In this document: piece after piece, positions 8,611 to 18,316 of the stretch
Layout: each line of letters starts with the position of its first letter
Numbering within the stretch: the stretch's first letter is position 1
Assembly: GCA_903925685.1 (NCBI GenBank)
Contig: CAIYGI010000112.1
Span: 1,784 to 65,783 of the forward strand
Direction: 5' to 3'
Origin: an uncultured bacterium
GTDB taxonomy: Bacteria; Verrucomicrobiota; Kiritimatiellia; CAIKKV01; CAIYGI01
DNA: 64,000 bases
The notes under the pieces: model-generated
Seen by the model: only the letters and a program-made list of their open reading frames with translations
Database searches by the model: none
Told to the model about the DNA's origin: nothing
Program-made: the position numbers and the translations under genes

Positions 8611-10932
8611 TCACGACTCCGCAATCAGTTTACCAAACTTTGACGGGACGGCAAAACTCGAAATCCCGGTCGGCGAAAAAGCCGAATGTTCCATGACCTT
8701 GCCTCTGACCCTCTGGCGGCACACGTTGAAATACCAGGGCGCCGCGGCATCCGGCTTCTTTCCCGCAACCCGTTTCCGGCGGTCGAGTCCACCCTCGGGC
8801 GTCTCGCGCGTGGTGGGAATCCGGATTTCCAGGCTCCAGAAATCGGCGCCGCGATAAACGGCGCATTGGGCCTCCGACGCCCACGGCGGATGCCCTCTAT
8901 CCCTGTCAAGATCGATCAGGGCGCCGGCCGCGTTGATCGTAATCTGATAATACGCATGCGACGGAGTCTCCAGGAACAATTCGGCCTCGTCGTCGCTGTA
9001 GATATTTGCGTCGCCATTCTTCGTCGTCGTGACGCTCAGATTGTTCATGTCCGCGTCCGCGCACCGGATCCCAAACACGAGGCTGCCGTCGCTCCACGCG
9101 ACCTGGAATGTGGTCTTGGAGACGGGCGATTTCCCGGTCGCCAGCTCTTTCAACTCATAGACCGACGCGCCTTTCCAGAAAGGCTTGTCCAGGTTGCCGT
9201 CCAGTTTCAGCCCTGCGCCCTTGCGCTCGACGGCCAACGCCTGGGGGGCGCTTTTCCGGATCGCGCTCCATTCTTCCCTGCGTTCTTTGAATTGCGAGAG
9301 ACCATTGACAGCCAGAGCGACGCGCTTGCCGTAGATCGTATCCCCGGCGGCTTTACGAGCTGTGGCCAGCAGTTCCAGGCCTTTATCCAACGATTCTGCG
9401 TTTTTGCCCATGAGCGGATCGGCCGCCTTGGAATAATCCATGAACGCCTTCATCGCATGGGCGGCAGGACCATAGAAGCGGTAGGTGTCCGCCAGGTCTT
9501 CGTAGCGGAAGAGCATGATCAGATCCTGCACGCGGATGGGCGCGGACGCCCCAGCGGCGAGGGTGATCTCGACACGATTCGCTCCCTGCTTGATCGACTC
9601 GCACGGAACCTCAATCTCCAGTTGTCCTTCGCTCCAGACTCCCGTGTTCAAACGCCGGCCATTGAGCGCTACGCTGACGGCGCCGCCGTCCGACACGTTC
9701 CCGGCCTGAACTTGCAGCAAAACCTGCGGGCGAATCACCCCGGCGTTCAGGCCCTTCACGTCTTCTCCAAGATCCAATGGGATTTGCAGTGTTTGGCCGG
9801 GTTTGATTTCTTCCGGTTTGCCGGGGGCGAGGGTTGGTAACTGCTGGAGCCGCTCGCCATCCTTCAGTCCAAAGTGCGGTATTAATCGGTAGCCCAAGGG
9901 GTTGGCATAGTAGACCTTGTCGAGATCCGCCAGGGTCTTGGGATCGCCGAGTTCTCTCCAGAGCGAAAGATACGGTTCGTAACAATTGAACAGGTAAATA
10001 CCATCCACCCCGGCCTGCCAGGCGTTCGCCGCGCGGGCACGGTTGGCCTCGATGCTGTTGCGATTTTTGGCTTCATATCGGTTACACATCTCTGCCCAGG
10101 AATTGTTCAAACACGCATATACGGGCACATCGTGCTGGTGTCCGAGTTGCACCATGTGCGTCCAAGGCTCCAGGAGAAAATCGCCTCCGGCCACCAGCAG
10201 GTCAACCAGATCCTGGTTTAACCAGGCCGAGACATCCAGGCCGATCGCCTGGTCATACGCGAGGGACTCGGATACGCGAACCGCGATGAGGATGGGACGG
10301 GAGCGGCGCGCCCCGATCGTTTCGGTCATCGCGCGAATCCGCCGGAGCAGATCGGTCATCGCATCCAGGTGTTCCTGCCCCAGGGGTTGCCCAAAGGCGT
10401 GCGGCTTGAAAAAGGTCGGGTGCCGAAAAAAATCCAACTCGATGCCGTCGATATCATAGCACTGGCAAACCTGACGGATTTCCTCGAAGGCCCGCTGCCG
10501 GATGGCGGGGTGTCCGTAATCCGCCCCGGACCAACAGCCATACGGAGGATTGTTGTCTTGCGTGTTCAGTAAATATTCCGGATGGTCGCGTTTAAACTGC
10601 GACAAGGGGTGATAGTCACTTTCATCGTGAATGTCATTCATCCTGAACGAACAGAAGATCTCCATCTTTTCCTGGCGGCAGAAATCCGTCATCACGTTCA
10701 TGGGCTCGATCCCATATTCCAGGATATGTGGCGCGCGATCCGTGAACAGACTCACCCGGTTGTAGAAGATGGAATCCACCTGCGATCCGGCCAGCGCTGA
10801 AGTGCGCACATCGAGCAAAGCCTGACGCGACGCTGTAGCTTTGCAGTATTCCTGGTATCCCGCGTCGCAGGCGTCGTTGTTGAAAATGATGCGTCGCTGT
10901 CTCCTGGCTGCCTGCTTGCGCTGTTCTTTCAT
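8611..10932 (-). CDS. putative glycoside-hydrolase-like TIM-barrel protein with C-terminal CBM9-like carbohydrate-binding domain
   Basis: 773 aa. The N-terminus (RIIFNNDACD...RMNDIHDE...DGIELDFFRH) resembles GH-like families. The C-terminus (KLDGNLDKPFWKGASVYEL...TFQVAWSDGSLVFGIRCADADM...WSLEIRIP) resembles CBM9-like domains. Confidence 0.6.
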   Translation of the reverse strand: MKEQRKQAARRQRRIIFNNDACDAGYQEYCKATASRQALLDVRTSALAGSQVDSIFYNRVSLFTDRAPHILEYGIEPMNVMTDFCRQEKMEIFCSFRMNDIHDESDYHPLSQFKRDHPEYLLNTQDNNPPYGCWSGADYGHPAIRQRAFEEIRQVCQCYDIDGIELDFFRHPTFFKPHAFGQPLGQEHLDAMTDLLRRIRAMTETIGARRSRPILIAVRVSESLAYDQAIGLDVSAWLNQDLVDLLVAGGDFLLEPWTHMVQLGHQHDVPVYACLNNSWAEMCNRYEAKNRNSIEANRARAANAWQAGVDGIYLFNCYEPYLSLWRELGDPKTLADLDKVYYANPLGYRLIPHFGLKDGERLQQLPTLAPGKPEEIKPGQTLQIPLDLGEDVKGLNAGVIRPQVLLQVQAGNVSDGGAVSVALNGRRLNTGVWSEGQLEIEVPCESIKQGANRVEITLAAGASAPIRVQDLIMLFRYEDLADTYRFYGPAAHAMKAFMDYSKAADPLMGKNAESLDKGLELLATARKAAGDTIYGKRVALAVNGLSQFKERREEWSAIRKSAPQALAVERKGAGLKLDGNLDKPFWKGASVYELKELATGKSPVSKTTFQVAWSDGSLVFGIRCADADMNNLSVTTTKNGDANIYSDDEAELFLETPSHAYYQITINAAGALIDLDRDRGHPPWASEAQCAVYRGADFWSLEIRIPTTRETPEGGLDRRKRVAGKKPDAAAPWYFNVCRQRVRGKVMEHSAFSPTGISSFAVPSKFGKLIAES

Positions 10933-10953
10933 CTCGTAATTCCTCCTGTTGGT

Positions 10954-11271
10954 CTATTCATATTGTGTTCGCAAGCGGTTCGTTTTCAGCCGCGATCCAC
11001 GGACCAGCGTTCCGCGTTTTCCAACAATTCCTGCGCCTCGTCTTCCGATTTCGCAGAGGTCTCGATCAAGGGTGAACCGGTAATTACGGTCCTCCTTGTC
11101 GAGCTTGAGGTTTTGGAACTCGATGTCTTCTCCCAATAGAATGGGATCCCACCAACCGGTCTTCCAATCCAGTGAGGTTGGACATCCCAGAAAGGTCGGG
11201 ATGCATTTATGGCCGGGATAACCTCCATGCCAGACCGGCAAAGCTTCGCCGCCATAAAACGTGCGAAACAT
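10954..11271 (-). CDS. hypothetical small protein
   Basis: A 105-aa ORF between the DUF1080 and GH-like genes, co-oriented with both. No motif was recognised. The overlapping alternative-frame ORF 10986..11276 is rejected. Confidence 0.3.
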   Translation of the reverse strand: MFRTFYGGEALPVWHGGYPGHKCIPTFLGCPTSLDWKTGWWDPILLGEDIEFQNLKLDKEDRNYRFTLDRDLCEIGRRGAGIVGKRGTLVRGSRLKTNRLRTQYE

Positions 11272-11318
11272 TTCATATTCCCGTCGGGCGCTGATCCAGT
11301 CGAGTTTGCATTCGAGTT

Positions 11319-12020
11319 TCAGATGAATCGATCCGTGTCGTCCAAGCGCTTGATGTACACCTTTACATTGCGCACCTTGGCGTTGGATCCGAAATGGAAT
11401 CCGACCCGGTTGTAATCGTTGAAGGCAACGAACGGCGAGGCATCCTTGTATTCCACGATCAACTTGTCATCCACGAAAAACCGCACTTCTCCCTGGTTAT
11501 TCTCGGCGACAATCCGATGCACGGCGCCGGGAACGATTAGGGGGGCCAGGTGCGGACCGGCGCCGACATCCTTGCCATCCCGCACGATCCTGTTGCTTGC
11601 GTTCGTCAACCCGCCGAGCCGGAAAACATATCCGCCCGTCCAGGGAGGCCGTTCGTATTTGTCCGGGGGCCGGACATGCATCAACACGTCGAGATCCGGA
11701 CCGCTCCCCTTCGGCTGGGCCGCGATTTCCACCTCGCACTCGATGCGGGTGAACCCCCAGGAATCGTCGGGGAATCCGCGGGTGGAAAGGATGCACCCGC
11801 TGCCCTGCAGCGCGCCGTCTTTGAGCGACCAGTTGCCTTGATACGTCTTCCAGTCATCGCCCAGGTCTGACCGTTTGAAGTCATCGCTGAAATGCAGTTT
11901 CCACCCGGCCTTCTCCGCCGGGACAGGCCCGGCTTTCCGGCCAACATCGCTTGCCGGGGAAAGACCACCGGCAAACGCGAAATGACATACAGGCAACAAC
12001 AAAGCAACGGCGTACTTCAT
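11319..12020 (-). CDS. DUF1080 (3-keto-disaccharide hydrolase-like) domain protein, secreted
   Basis: 233 aa with a signal peptide. HFSDDFKRSDLGDDWKTYQGNWSLKDGALQG and the C-terminal VRNVKVYIKRL match the DUF1080/LamG-like jelly-roll family. Confidence 0.65.
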   Translation of the reverse strand: MKYAVALLLPVCHFAFAGGLSPASDVGRKAGPVPAEKAGWKLHFSDDFKRSDLGDDWKTYQGNWSLKDGALQGSGCILSTRGFPDDSWGFTRIECEVEIAAQPKGSGPDLDVLMHVRPPDKYERPPWTGGYVFRLGGLTNASNRIVRDGKDVGAGPHLAPLIVPGAVHRIVAENNQGEVRFFVDDKLIVEYKDASPFVAFNDYNRVGFHFGSNAKVRNVKVYIKRLDDTDRFI

Positions 12021-12095
12021 CCGCTCCTCCTGGAAACGAATCTCATCGTCATGTCTATTCCCTGCCTGACTTGGCTGGTTGGAGACTTGCTCTGA

Positions 12096-14063
12096 TCACA
12101 GCTTATTCGGGTCCAGCCCGGCCTGCTGACCAGCACTTATCCTCATATAGTTCGTGGATTGCGCGGCAACAATATCCCTCAACTTCGTTAAATTCTCGCG
12201 CAGTCTGTCGGCGATCTTGGTGTCCTGCTTCTTGCTTGCCTCATACTGCTCTCTCAACTCCATCGTCTCGACAAAAAGACGCGTGAAATCGAGGCCGACG
12301 CGCACATGCGCCATCCTCTTCCGGTAGATTTCCGGCTGCTTGGCCAGCACGGTATCCGCCTCGTCCAGCAGGCCGGCGGCGCGTTTGAAGAACGCTTCAT
12401 CGTAGGCATTCCAAAACGCCAGATTGCCATCGATCTTCCGGTTGCGCGTCTCCTCCATCAGGGTCCAGTACGCCTTCAACTGCCCGGCGGCCGGCCCGAA
12501 GCCGCGCCGGTAATAGTCGTCGAGGATCTTGTACCCGTCCTGATCCGGGTTCCAGACCAGATGTGCCAGCAGGTAATATAGCGGACCCTGCGTCGGCCAG
12601 GAATTTTCGAAGATTGAGAGGGCTATCCCGGTGCAATTGTTCTTTACGACATGGCGCAAGCTTTCCATGACCCGCCCGAAAGGCACGTCGGGAAGACCAT
12701 AATAGGAGCCGCCGGCGCCGGGCATGTTGGGGCGCCACCACAGATTCGCGCCGGTCGCCGCCCAGTCGGCGAATTGCTGCGACCACGTTGTGCCCACTTG
12801 TGAATATTTATCCTTCTCACCCATTTCCGCGAACCAGTTGGGGGCAAACGAGACGATCACATTGTCGTCCGGCTTGTTCTTGAGCGGCGCCGGCGTGCTC
12901 GGACCATAGGCGAGCATGACCACTTTGTAGTCCTTGTCCGGATAGCGTTCCCGCAACTTTCGCGCCAGGTTATTCGCGAATCGCGTCTGCCGGTCGCTCA
13001 TCGCGACGTAATTCGTGCGACACGTATTCCAGACCAGGAAGCGTTTTTCCGCCTCGGGCGCATCCCAGGCCTTGCAGTTCGTGCAGACACAATATCCGGC
13101 CAAGCACCCGTCCGCGACCCCCCCTCGGAACAGGGTACGGGTAGGATCATCCTTGAGCTGCTCCTCCACGTCTTTCAGCCAGTAGTCCCAAACCGCCGGG
13201 TTGGACTTGCACACCTTGGGATAGGCCTGCCAGCCGCGCGTGCCGTCGGGTTGGAGGGCGAAATACTCCGGGTGCGTCTCGTGAAGTTTCCAATCCAAGG
13301 GCCAGTGCCCATCGGGGACATAAATCCTGTACGAGCAGTTTGCCGAGTCCAACAGCATGCGCTGCAAGCGCGACCAGTCCGAGGAAAGGACGCCCCGTGG
13401 GTCCGTCGGTGTTGCCCAGTCTAAAACACTGTACCTCAATCGAATCTTGGGATGGTAGCGATATTCGAATGGCGCAAAGGCGATCTTTTCCTTCCGGATA
13501 ATGTCCTCGCCAGTCTCGCCAGGCCAGAGCCAGCGCACGTCCAGATAATCCTGGATAAAAGTGTACACCGCATTGACCGTGCCGTATTCCTGCTGCCAGC
13601 CCTTGATCGGCCGGTCCCCTCGGCCCTTCACCACCATGTGATGGGGATCCCAGCGATCCCGCCCGGCGATGACCAGGTGGTGTGCATTGGCGGCGATGAG
13701 GATCTCTTCCGGGTTCTTGAAATCGAAATCCGTTTTCGGGAAGAGCTCCTTGAGTTTGGGCTGGAATCCGACCCAGATCGCGCGCTCCGGCACGGGATCG
13801 GGCATGCCTTCGATGACCTTCGGCTTGACGCCGCCGACCTTCTCGATATAGGCGGCCAGTTCGTCCGCCGCCTTGCGGGTCATCGGCGGAGCGTTCGAAA
13901 AGACGATGATCGGCGCCAGGCTCGCCCCCTTCGCCACCAGGGTCAGCGGCGCCGCCCGAACTTCGGAGTCCTTCTGATTCACCTTTTCCTGCGCCTCCGT
14001 GCACCCGGCGGCCACCACGAGCAGCGCCGCGCCGATCCCACATATTGCCATTCCATGTCTCAT
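12096..14063 (-). CDS. DUF4838-like putative glycoside hydrolase lipoprotein
   Basis: 655 aa with a lipoprotein-type signal (LLVVAAGC). The large conserved body resembles the DUF4838/GH20-like family common in Verrucomicrobia, Planctomycetes and Bacteroidetes. Confidence 0.55.
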   Translation of the reverse strand: MRHGMAICGIGAALLVVAAGCTEAQEKVNQKDSEVRAAPLTLVAKGASLAPIIVFSNAPPMTRKAADELAAYIEKVGGVKPKVIEGMPDPVPERAIWVGFQPKLKELFPKTDFDFKNPEEILIAANAHHLVIAGRDRWDPHHMVVKGRGDRPIKGWQQEYGTVNAVYTFIQDYLDVRWLWPGETGEDIIRKEKIAFAPFEYRYHPKIRLRYSVLDWATPTDPRGVLSSDWSRLQRMLLDSANCSYRIYVPDGHWPLDWKLHETHPEYFALQPDGTRGWQAYPKVCKSNPAVWDYWLKDVEEQLKDDPTRTLFRGGVADGCLAGYCVCTNCKAWDAPEAEKRFLVWNTCRTNYVAMSDRQTRFANNLARKLRERYPDKDYKVVMLAYGPSTPAPLKNKPDDNVIVSFAPNWFAEMGEKDKYSQVGTTWSQQFADWAATGANLWWRPNMPGAGGSYYGLPDVPFGRVMESLRHVVKNNCTGIALSIFENSWPTQGPLYYLLAHLVWNPDQDGYKILDDYYRRGFGPAAGQLKAYWTLMEETRNRKIDGNLAFWNAYDEAFFKRAAGLLDEADTVLAKQPEIYRKRMAHVRVGLDFTRLFVETMELREQYEASKKQDTKIADRLRENLTKLRDIVAAQSTNYMRISAGQQAGLDPNKL

Positions 14064-14100
14064 CGCGCTTCTCCTTTAGTGAATCAACCGCCCTCAAAAC

Positions 14101-14290
14101 CTAACAAAACGAAGCGCTTGCAAAACCTCCTGCGTCGGTTTTGCAAGTGCAGCTTCCCGGACGACACGGAGGTCGTCCCTCCAAATTCGCGGTGCGCCTC
14201 CTGCGTTGCTTCCCACCTTCAGATAACGATTCGCAGATGCGTCCCACCTCTGTTGCGATGGGATAAAGCGGCGGGACGCCGCTTCCACTT
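14101..14290 (-). repeat. copy 1 of a repeated structured intergenic element (core about 95 nt), possible ncRNA or MITE-like element
   Basis: About 95 nt are about 90 % identical to 44575..44665(+) (GCATCTGCGAATCG.TATCTG.AGGTGG.AAGCAACGCAG.AGGCGCA.CGCG.AT.TGGAGGGACGACCTCCGTGTCGTCCG). It contains a GACGAC-CTCCGT-GTCGTC hairpin. Its 3' part (toward the DUF4838 start) is a hairpin plus a U-run, TTGCAAAACC-GACGCAGGA-GGTTTTGCAA GCGCTTCGTTTTGTT. Confidence 0.7.
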
Positions 14291-14315
14291 TGCAGAATCA
14301 CGCCTTAATCTGAGA

Positions 14316-14415
14316 CACTTAGTCCCCACCCTTAGTCGGTTACACTTAGTCGTACCACTTAGTCGATTAAGTGTAAGCGACTAAGCGTAACCGACTAAGT
14401 GTGCCGACTAAGAGT
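14316..14415. repeat. about 100-bp imperfect palindrome built from four direct CTTAGTC(G/C) units followed by three inverted CGACTAAG units
   Basis: cacttagtcc..cttagtcgg..cttagtcg..cttagtcg [attaagtgtaag] cgactaag..cgactaag..cgactaag. It is intergenic, downstream of the beta-helix gene. Confidence 0.8.
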
Positions 14416-14421
14416 GCAATC

Positions 14422-15777
14422 TTACCGGATAATGAACATCGTGCCTCTGGTCACGTATTCGTAGCAGCCCATATCCACGATGCCGGAGACGGGGTCCTTG
14501 CGCCGCTGGCCGTCCAAATCCGTCGCGCCATTCATCCAGTCCTGGTTCGTTCCGGTGTTGATGCAGGGCGACGGGGCTTGCAAATGGAAATCCTGCTTCG
14601 CAAAATTCACGAAGTTCGGCGAATTGGTCACGATGATGCCGCCAAAAACACAGTTGGCTATAGCTATATTGTTCGTGAGCAAGCAGGAGTTGGTACAAGA
14701 ACTGCTGGTGGTGGTCCCGTAGTTTACTATGTCGCTGACAGCGCCATTAACCAAATTGGAACGCATGATCGTATTCCAGATATTGAAGAAGGTTGCTGCT
14801 TGGGCACGCACATGGATGCCGGCGCCAAGTACCGCAGAGTTGCTGACGATGGTGCAATTATAAAGTCCTGCACTAGAAGCGCTATTGGCTAAGACGATCC
14901 CTCCACCCCTCTCTCCACTATAGTTATTATAAATCAGGCAATTCCGTACCTGCGCAAGGCTTGTACCCTGCTCAAAGGAAATGCCGCCGCCACCATTCCC
15001 GAAGGCGGTAGAGAGGGCACGATTGCCGCTGACAATACAGTTTTGGATAATGTTCGTCATGCCTCGTCCGCAGTGAATACCACCGCCAGGTCCTGCGGCC
15101 GAATTACCACTTATAAGACAGTTACTGATTATCAAAAGTGAGGCGCCCCCGGAGCCGTACGAGTTAAAATATATTCCCCCTCCCGACCCCGATGGCGCAC
15201 TATTACTGCTGAACGTACAGCCCTTTATGGTGTATTTCACGCCAGGGGAGGCTAAAAACGGATAACACAGCCCGCCCCCGTAAGCTCCTGCCGAAGCGTT
15301 ACCACTGACCACGCAGTTACTCAAATTCCCGGAGAAGTTTGCAATGGGCGAGATATAAATGCCGCCGCCGCTGGTGGATGACCAGCAATTGGAAACGGTA
15401 ATACCACCTATGTTGTATGGGTAAGTCACGAGCACGGGATAAATCGCAATGCCCCGATTGGTGTTGGAGCCGTCAATGCTCACGCTGGCCGGATTGCCGT
15501 TGGAACTGACCAGCGTGATCGGTTTGCTGATAGTCACCACGTTGGTGAGGGTGGCGTTGGTGGTATAATGCCCGGCGCCGATCAGCACCGTGTCGCCAGC
15601 GCTGGCCTGGTCGACCGCTTCCTGGATGTTGCTGGCCGCGCTGTCCCAGGTGGTGAAGGCCCCGCTGGGCGTCTGGCCGTTCTGCGCCACGTAATGCGTG
15701 TCGATCGCGGCCCGCACAGAGTTCGCCGCGCCACAGACCATCAGAACCACGAGAACTGACTGCACGATCGTCTTCAT
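14422..15777 (-). CDS. secreted right-handed parallel beta-helix repeat protein (pectate-lyase-fold)
   Basis: The start is at the internal Met (MKTIVQSVLVVLMVCGAANSVRA signal peptide). It has many Gly/Ser/Asn-rich PbH1-like repeats (GGGIYI.., NCxxSGNSA..). Confidence 0.7.
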   Translation of the reverse strand: MKTIVQSVLVVLMVCGAANSVRAAIDTHYVAQNGQTPSGAFTTWDSAASNIQEAVDQASAGDTVLIGAGHYTTNATLTNVVTISKPITLVSSNGNPASVSIDGSNTNRGIAIYPVLVTYPYNIGGITVSNCWSSTSGGGIYISPIANFSGNLSNCVVSGNASAGAYGGGLCYPFLASPGVKYTIKGCTFSSNSAPSGSGGGIYFNSYGSGGASLLIISNCLISGNSAAGPGGGIHCGRGMTNIIQNCIVSGNRALSTAFGNGGGGISFEQGTSLAQVRNCLIYNNYSGERGGGIVLANSASSAGLYNCTIVSNSAVLGAGIHVRAQAATFFNIWNTIMRSNLVNGAVSDIVNYGTTTSSSCTNSCLLTNNIAIANCVFGGIIVTNSPNFVNFAKQDFHLQAPSPCINTGTNQDWMNGATDLDGQRRKDPVSGIVDMGCYEYVTRGTMFIIR

Positions 15778-15894
15778 ATCATCTCCTTTGCCTAATTGTG
15801 AGCCTTTTGCACAACTGCATGGCTCTTTTCCGTTTCCGATCCCTTGCCTCATCGAATACCGAATACAGCCAAGGCCAAGCCATTCGCTCTAAGA

Positions 15895-15965
15895 CATTAC
15901 CTGATTAATCGATTAATCGATTTTACTTGATTAGGCAATTATACTTGATTAATCGATTTCATTTT
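15895..15965. promoter_or_regulatory. operator-like palindromes TTAATCGATTAA (two to three copies) in the divergent promoter between the beta-helix gene and the AraR-like regulator
   Basis: ctgATTAATCGATTAATCGATttt at 15901-15924 and cttgATTAATCGATttc at 15944-15960, in an AT-rich patch 50-110 nt upstream of the regulator start. Confidence 0.55.
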
Positions 15966-16013
15966 TGATATTATCACGCGCTGGCAGATTGTCAACAGGG
16001 AAAAAATCAGACA

Positions 16014-17204
16014 ATGAAGTCCCAAAAACCAGTCGTGAACAAAAGCGCCTCTTGCAGCAATCCGGTTAGAAAGCTTGGCAAAGGCGCACGCATTCCCATC
16101 GATGTTCCGAAGCTGGCAGGTGTCCCGAAATATGCCTGGCTTCAAGGCAAACTGCTCGAAGAGATCCGCAGCGGGCGCTGTCGAGTCGGCGACCGCCTAT
16201 GCACGGAGAAGGAGTTGATTGTCCGCTACCATTTGAGCATCTCCACCATCGCGCGTGCATTGCGTGAGCTTGAATCGCAGGGGTATGTACGGCGAAAGCA
16301 AGGCCTCGGCACGATCGTCAACAGCGTCCACCCCACCGTCAATCAAGCGACCGCCTCTGGCATGGCGACACTCCTGGTATGCGGCATAGTGAACGATGCC
16401 GCCCCTGATTACAGCAATGTCAACTGGTTTATAGCGCACGAGTTTGTTCGCGGCCTGGTCAACACGTTTGAAGGACGTGTTAGACTGGTGAAGCCCACCG
16501 GACTGTTTGCGCAGTTGGACGCGTTGCCGCCCCAATCCAGGGCGGTCGTCATATATGATGGCGCCTTCGATCTAGTGCGACGGCTCGAAGAAGAACACAT
16601 TCCGCACTGCATCATTGACCGGCACACAAACACCACCGACTGCCGTCCGAACACGATCTCGTTCGACCGCATGCGCGGTATTTACGACGGGATGACGTAT
16701 CTGATCAAGAATCTTAGGCATTGTGACATCGCGCTGGTGACCACAGATGCCGGTTTAAACCACGAGAACAGAATCGCCGGCTACCAGATCAGCCTGCGCG
16801 CATTCGGTATTCCCTACCGCCCAGAGCTGGAAGTATTCGCTCCTCCGGGTGGCAGCCAGGAATCTGGCGAAGCCGCCATCCGTGAATTATTGGGGCGCCG
16901 TATCCCCTTTACCGCGGTCTTTGTGGACACTGACATCAAGGCGCTCGGCGCCATAAGGGCCTTGAAACAGGCCGGACTTGCAGTGCCAGGCGACGTTTCT
17001 ATTTTAGGCTTTGACGATGTTCCCGGGGGAGATCGGGCCGATCCGCCACTTACCACCATCCGGGTGCCTCATTTCGAATGCGGGGTAGAGGCCATCCGCC
17101 TCTTGGATGAACGCCTGAGGACGGGAAATGATGTGCCAGGCCGTATTTTAAACACGCGACTGGTTGTGCGACAATCCTGCGGCATGGCAAAGAAAGTTGT
17201 ATAA
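16014..17204 (+). CDS. GntR-family HTH / LacI-type sugar-binding-domain transcriptional regulator (AraR-like)
   Basis: The N-terminal wHTH (KYAWLQGKLLEEIRSGRCRVGDRLCTEKELIVRYHLSISTIARALRELESQGYVRRKQGLGTIV) is GntR-type. The C-terminal about 270 aa are periplasmic-binding-protein-like (LacI/GalR), the architecture of B. subtilis AraR. Confidence 0.75.
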   Translation: MKSQKPVVNKSASCSNPVRKLGKGARIPIDVPKLAGVPKYAWLQGKLLEEIRSGRCRVGDRLCTEKELIVRYHLSISTIARALRELESQGYVRRKQGLGTIVNSVHPTVNQATASGMATLLVCGIVNDAAPDYSNVNWFIAHEFVRGLVNTFEGRVRLVKPTGLFAQLDALPPQSRAVVIYDGAFDLVRRLEEEHIPHCIIDRHTNTTDCRPNTISFDRMRGIYDGMTYLIKNLRHCDIALVTTDAGLNHENRIAGYQISLRAFGIPYRPELEVFAPPGGSQESGEAAIRELLGRRIPFTAVFVDTDIKALGAIRALKQAGLAVPGDVSILGFDDVPGGDRADPPLTTIRVPHFECGVEAIRLLDERLRTGNDVPGRILNTRLVVRQSCGMAKKVV

Positions 17205-17261
17205 GCGGATAAGAAATCGTTTTTCTGTCGGTGCGGTCACACTGCCGCCGCCGGCTGAACG

Positions 17262-18024
17262 TTAGAACCGGTAGTTCATCACGCGGGACATTTCCTCGAT
17301 GACGGCGACTGCATTGGCGACGGGGGTTTCCTCAGGAAGCGGCTTGGCGGTTTCCATGAGATAACCGCCGCCTTGACAGAGGACTTCAACGGCTTCACGC
17401 ACTTCCGCGCGCGCCTCTTCCGGCGTGCCTAAGACGATGCGGCCTTGCGTGCCAATGCCTCCCCGAAAAGTCAGATGCCTCCCGAATTCCCTCTTGATCT
17501 TCCTGATGTCCATCGCCTCGGGTTGGAGCGGATGGAAAACCTGCAGGCCAATGTCCACGAAATCCCCCATGATCTCCGTGTTATCGCCACAGGAATGATG
17601 CCCGACCACCTTGCCGGCGGAGCGAACCTTCGCATATAGTTGCGCGAGACGCGGTTTGAAGAATGTCGTGAAAATCCCGCGGCTGATCATCAAGCCCCGC
17701 TGCGCGCCGAAGTCATCGCCAAACACAACACCGTCAATGGGCAACGGCAGAATTTTGTCAAGCGCGTCCATGTGCATTTGCAGGAGGAGATCGAGCGCGG
17801 CATGCGCAAACCGGGGCTCCAGAAGGTAGTCCATCAATATCTGTTCGAGCCCTCGCAGGACCCAAAGCCGTTCTCCAAGGCACGTCGTAAACTGATAGAA
17901 AATGAAGGCGTCCGGGCGGAGTTTCCGTGCGGCAGCGATCCTGTCGATGTCCGCCTGGGTCACAAGGTCGATTTGCGGGATGCGTTCGACATCGGGGTCC
18001 TTCATGGGCGGGTTGACAAACATG
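17262..18024 (-). CDS. uroporphyrinogen-decarboxylase (URO-D) family protein; start uncertain (ORF extends to 18356)
   Basis: The C-terminal 250 aa (DGVVFGDDFGAQRGLMISRGIFTTFFKPRL..VVGHHSCGDNTEIMGDFVDIGLQVFHPLQP..GGIGTQ) match the URO-D/MtaA-like family. The 5' part of the ORF overlaps the 14-bp tandem repeats, so the true start is probably at or below 18024. Confidence 0.55.
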
Positions 18025-18160
18025 AATCCGCCGCTGAGCCTCTTGCGCAGTCGCGCGTAAGCTTCCAACTTATGCCCTTCGTTTTCTGCGCGATACCATG
18101 CCGCGTTGAAAACGACGAAGATAGTGGCGCAAAGATAATCTCCCTTGTCTATTCCCTTAT

Positions 18161-18202
18161 CTGTCGCAATTGTTCTGTCGCAATTGTTCTGTCGCAATTG
18201 TT
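18161..18202. repeat. three perfect tandem copies of the 14-bp unit CTGTCGCAATTGTT
   Basis: ctgtcgcaattgtt x3, each with the CAATTG palindrome. It lies in the divergent promoter between the UroD-like gene and the xylose-isomerase-like gene. Confidence 0.85.
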
Positions 18203-18316
18203 CTTGCATTACGACCACTGGCACGCCATTCTGCTGTCTCAATAAGCAACGCGCCGACAACGCATCGAGTCGCCATTTTTCGCGGAAGCAACGAAACGAA
18301 CAAAAGGAAATCCACC

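Noticed and set aside
10986-11276. 96-aa ORF in an alternative frame to the 105-aa hypothetical 10954..11271.
   Set aside because: It overlaps the other ORF entirely in the same orientation. Hand translation shows the 105-aa frame is uninterrupted from ATG to TAG, so no frameshift needs to be invoked.
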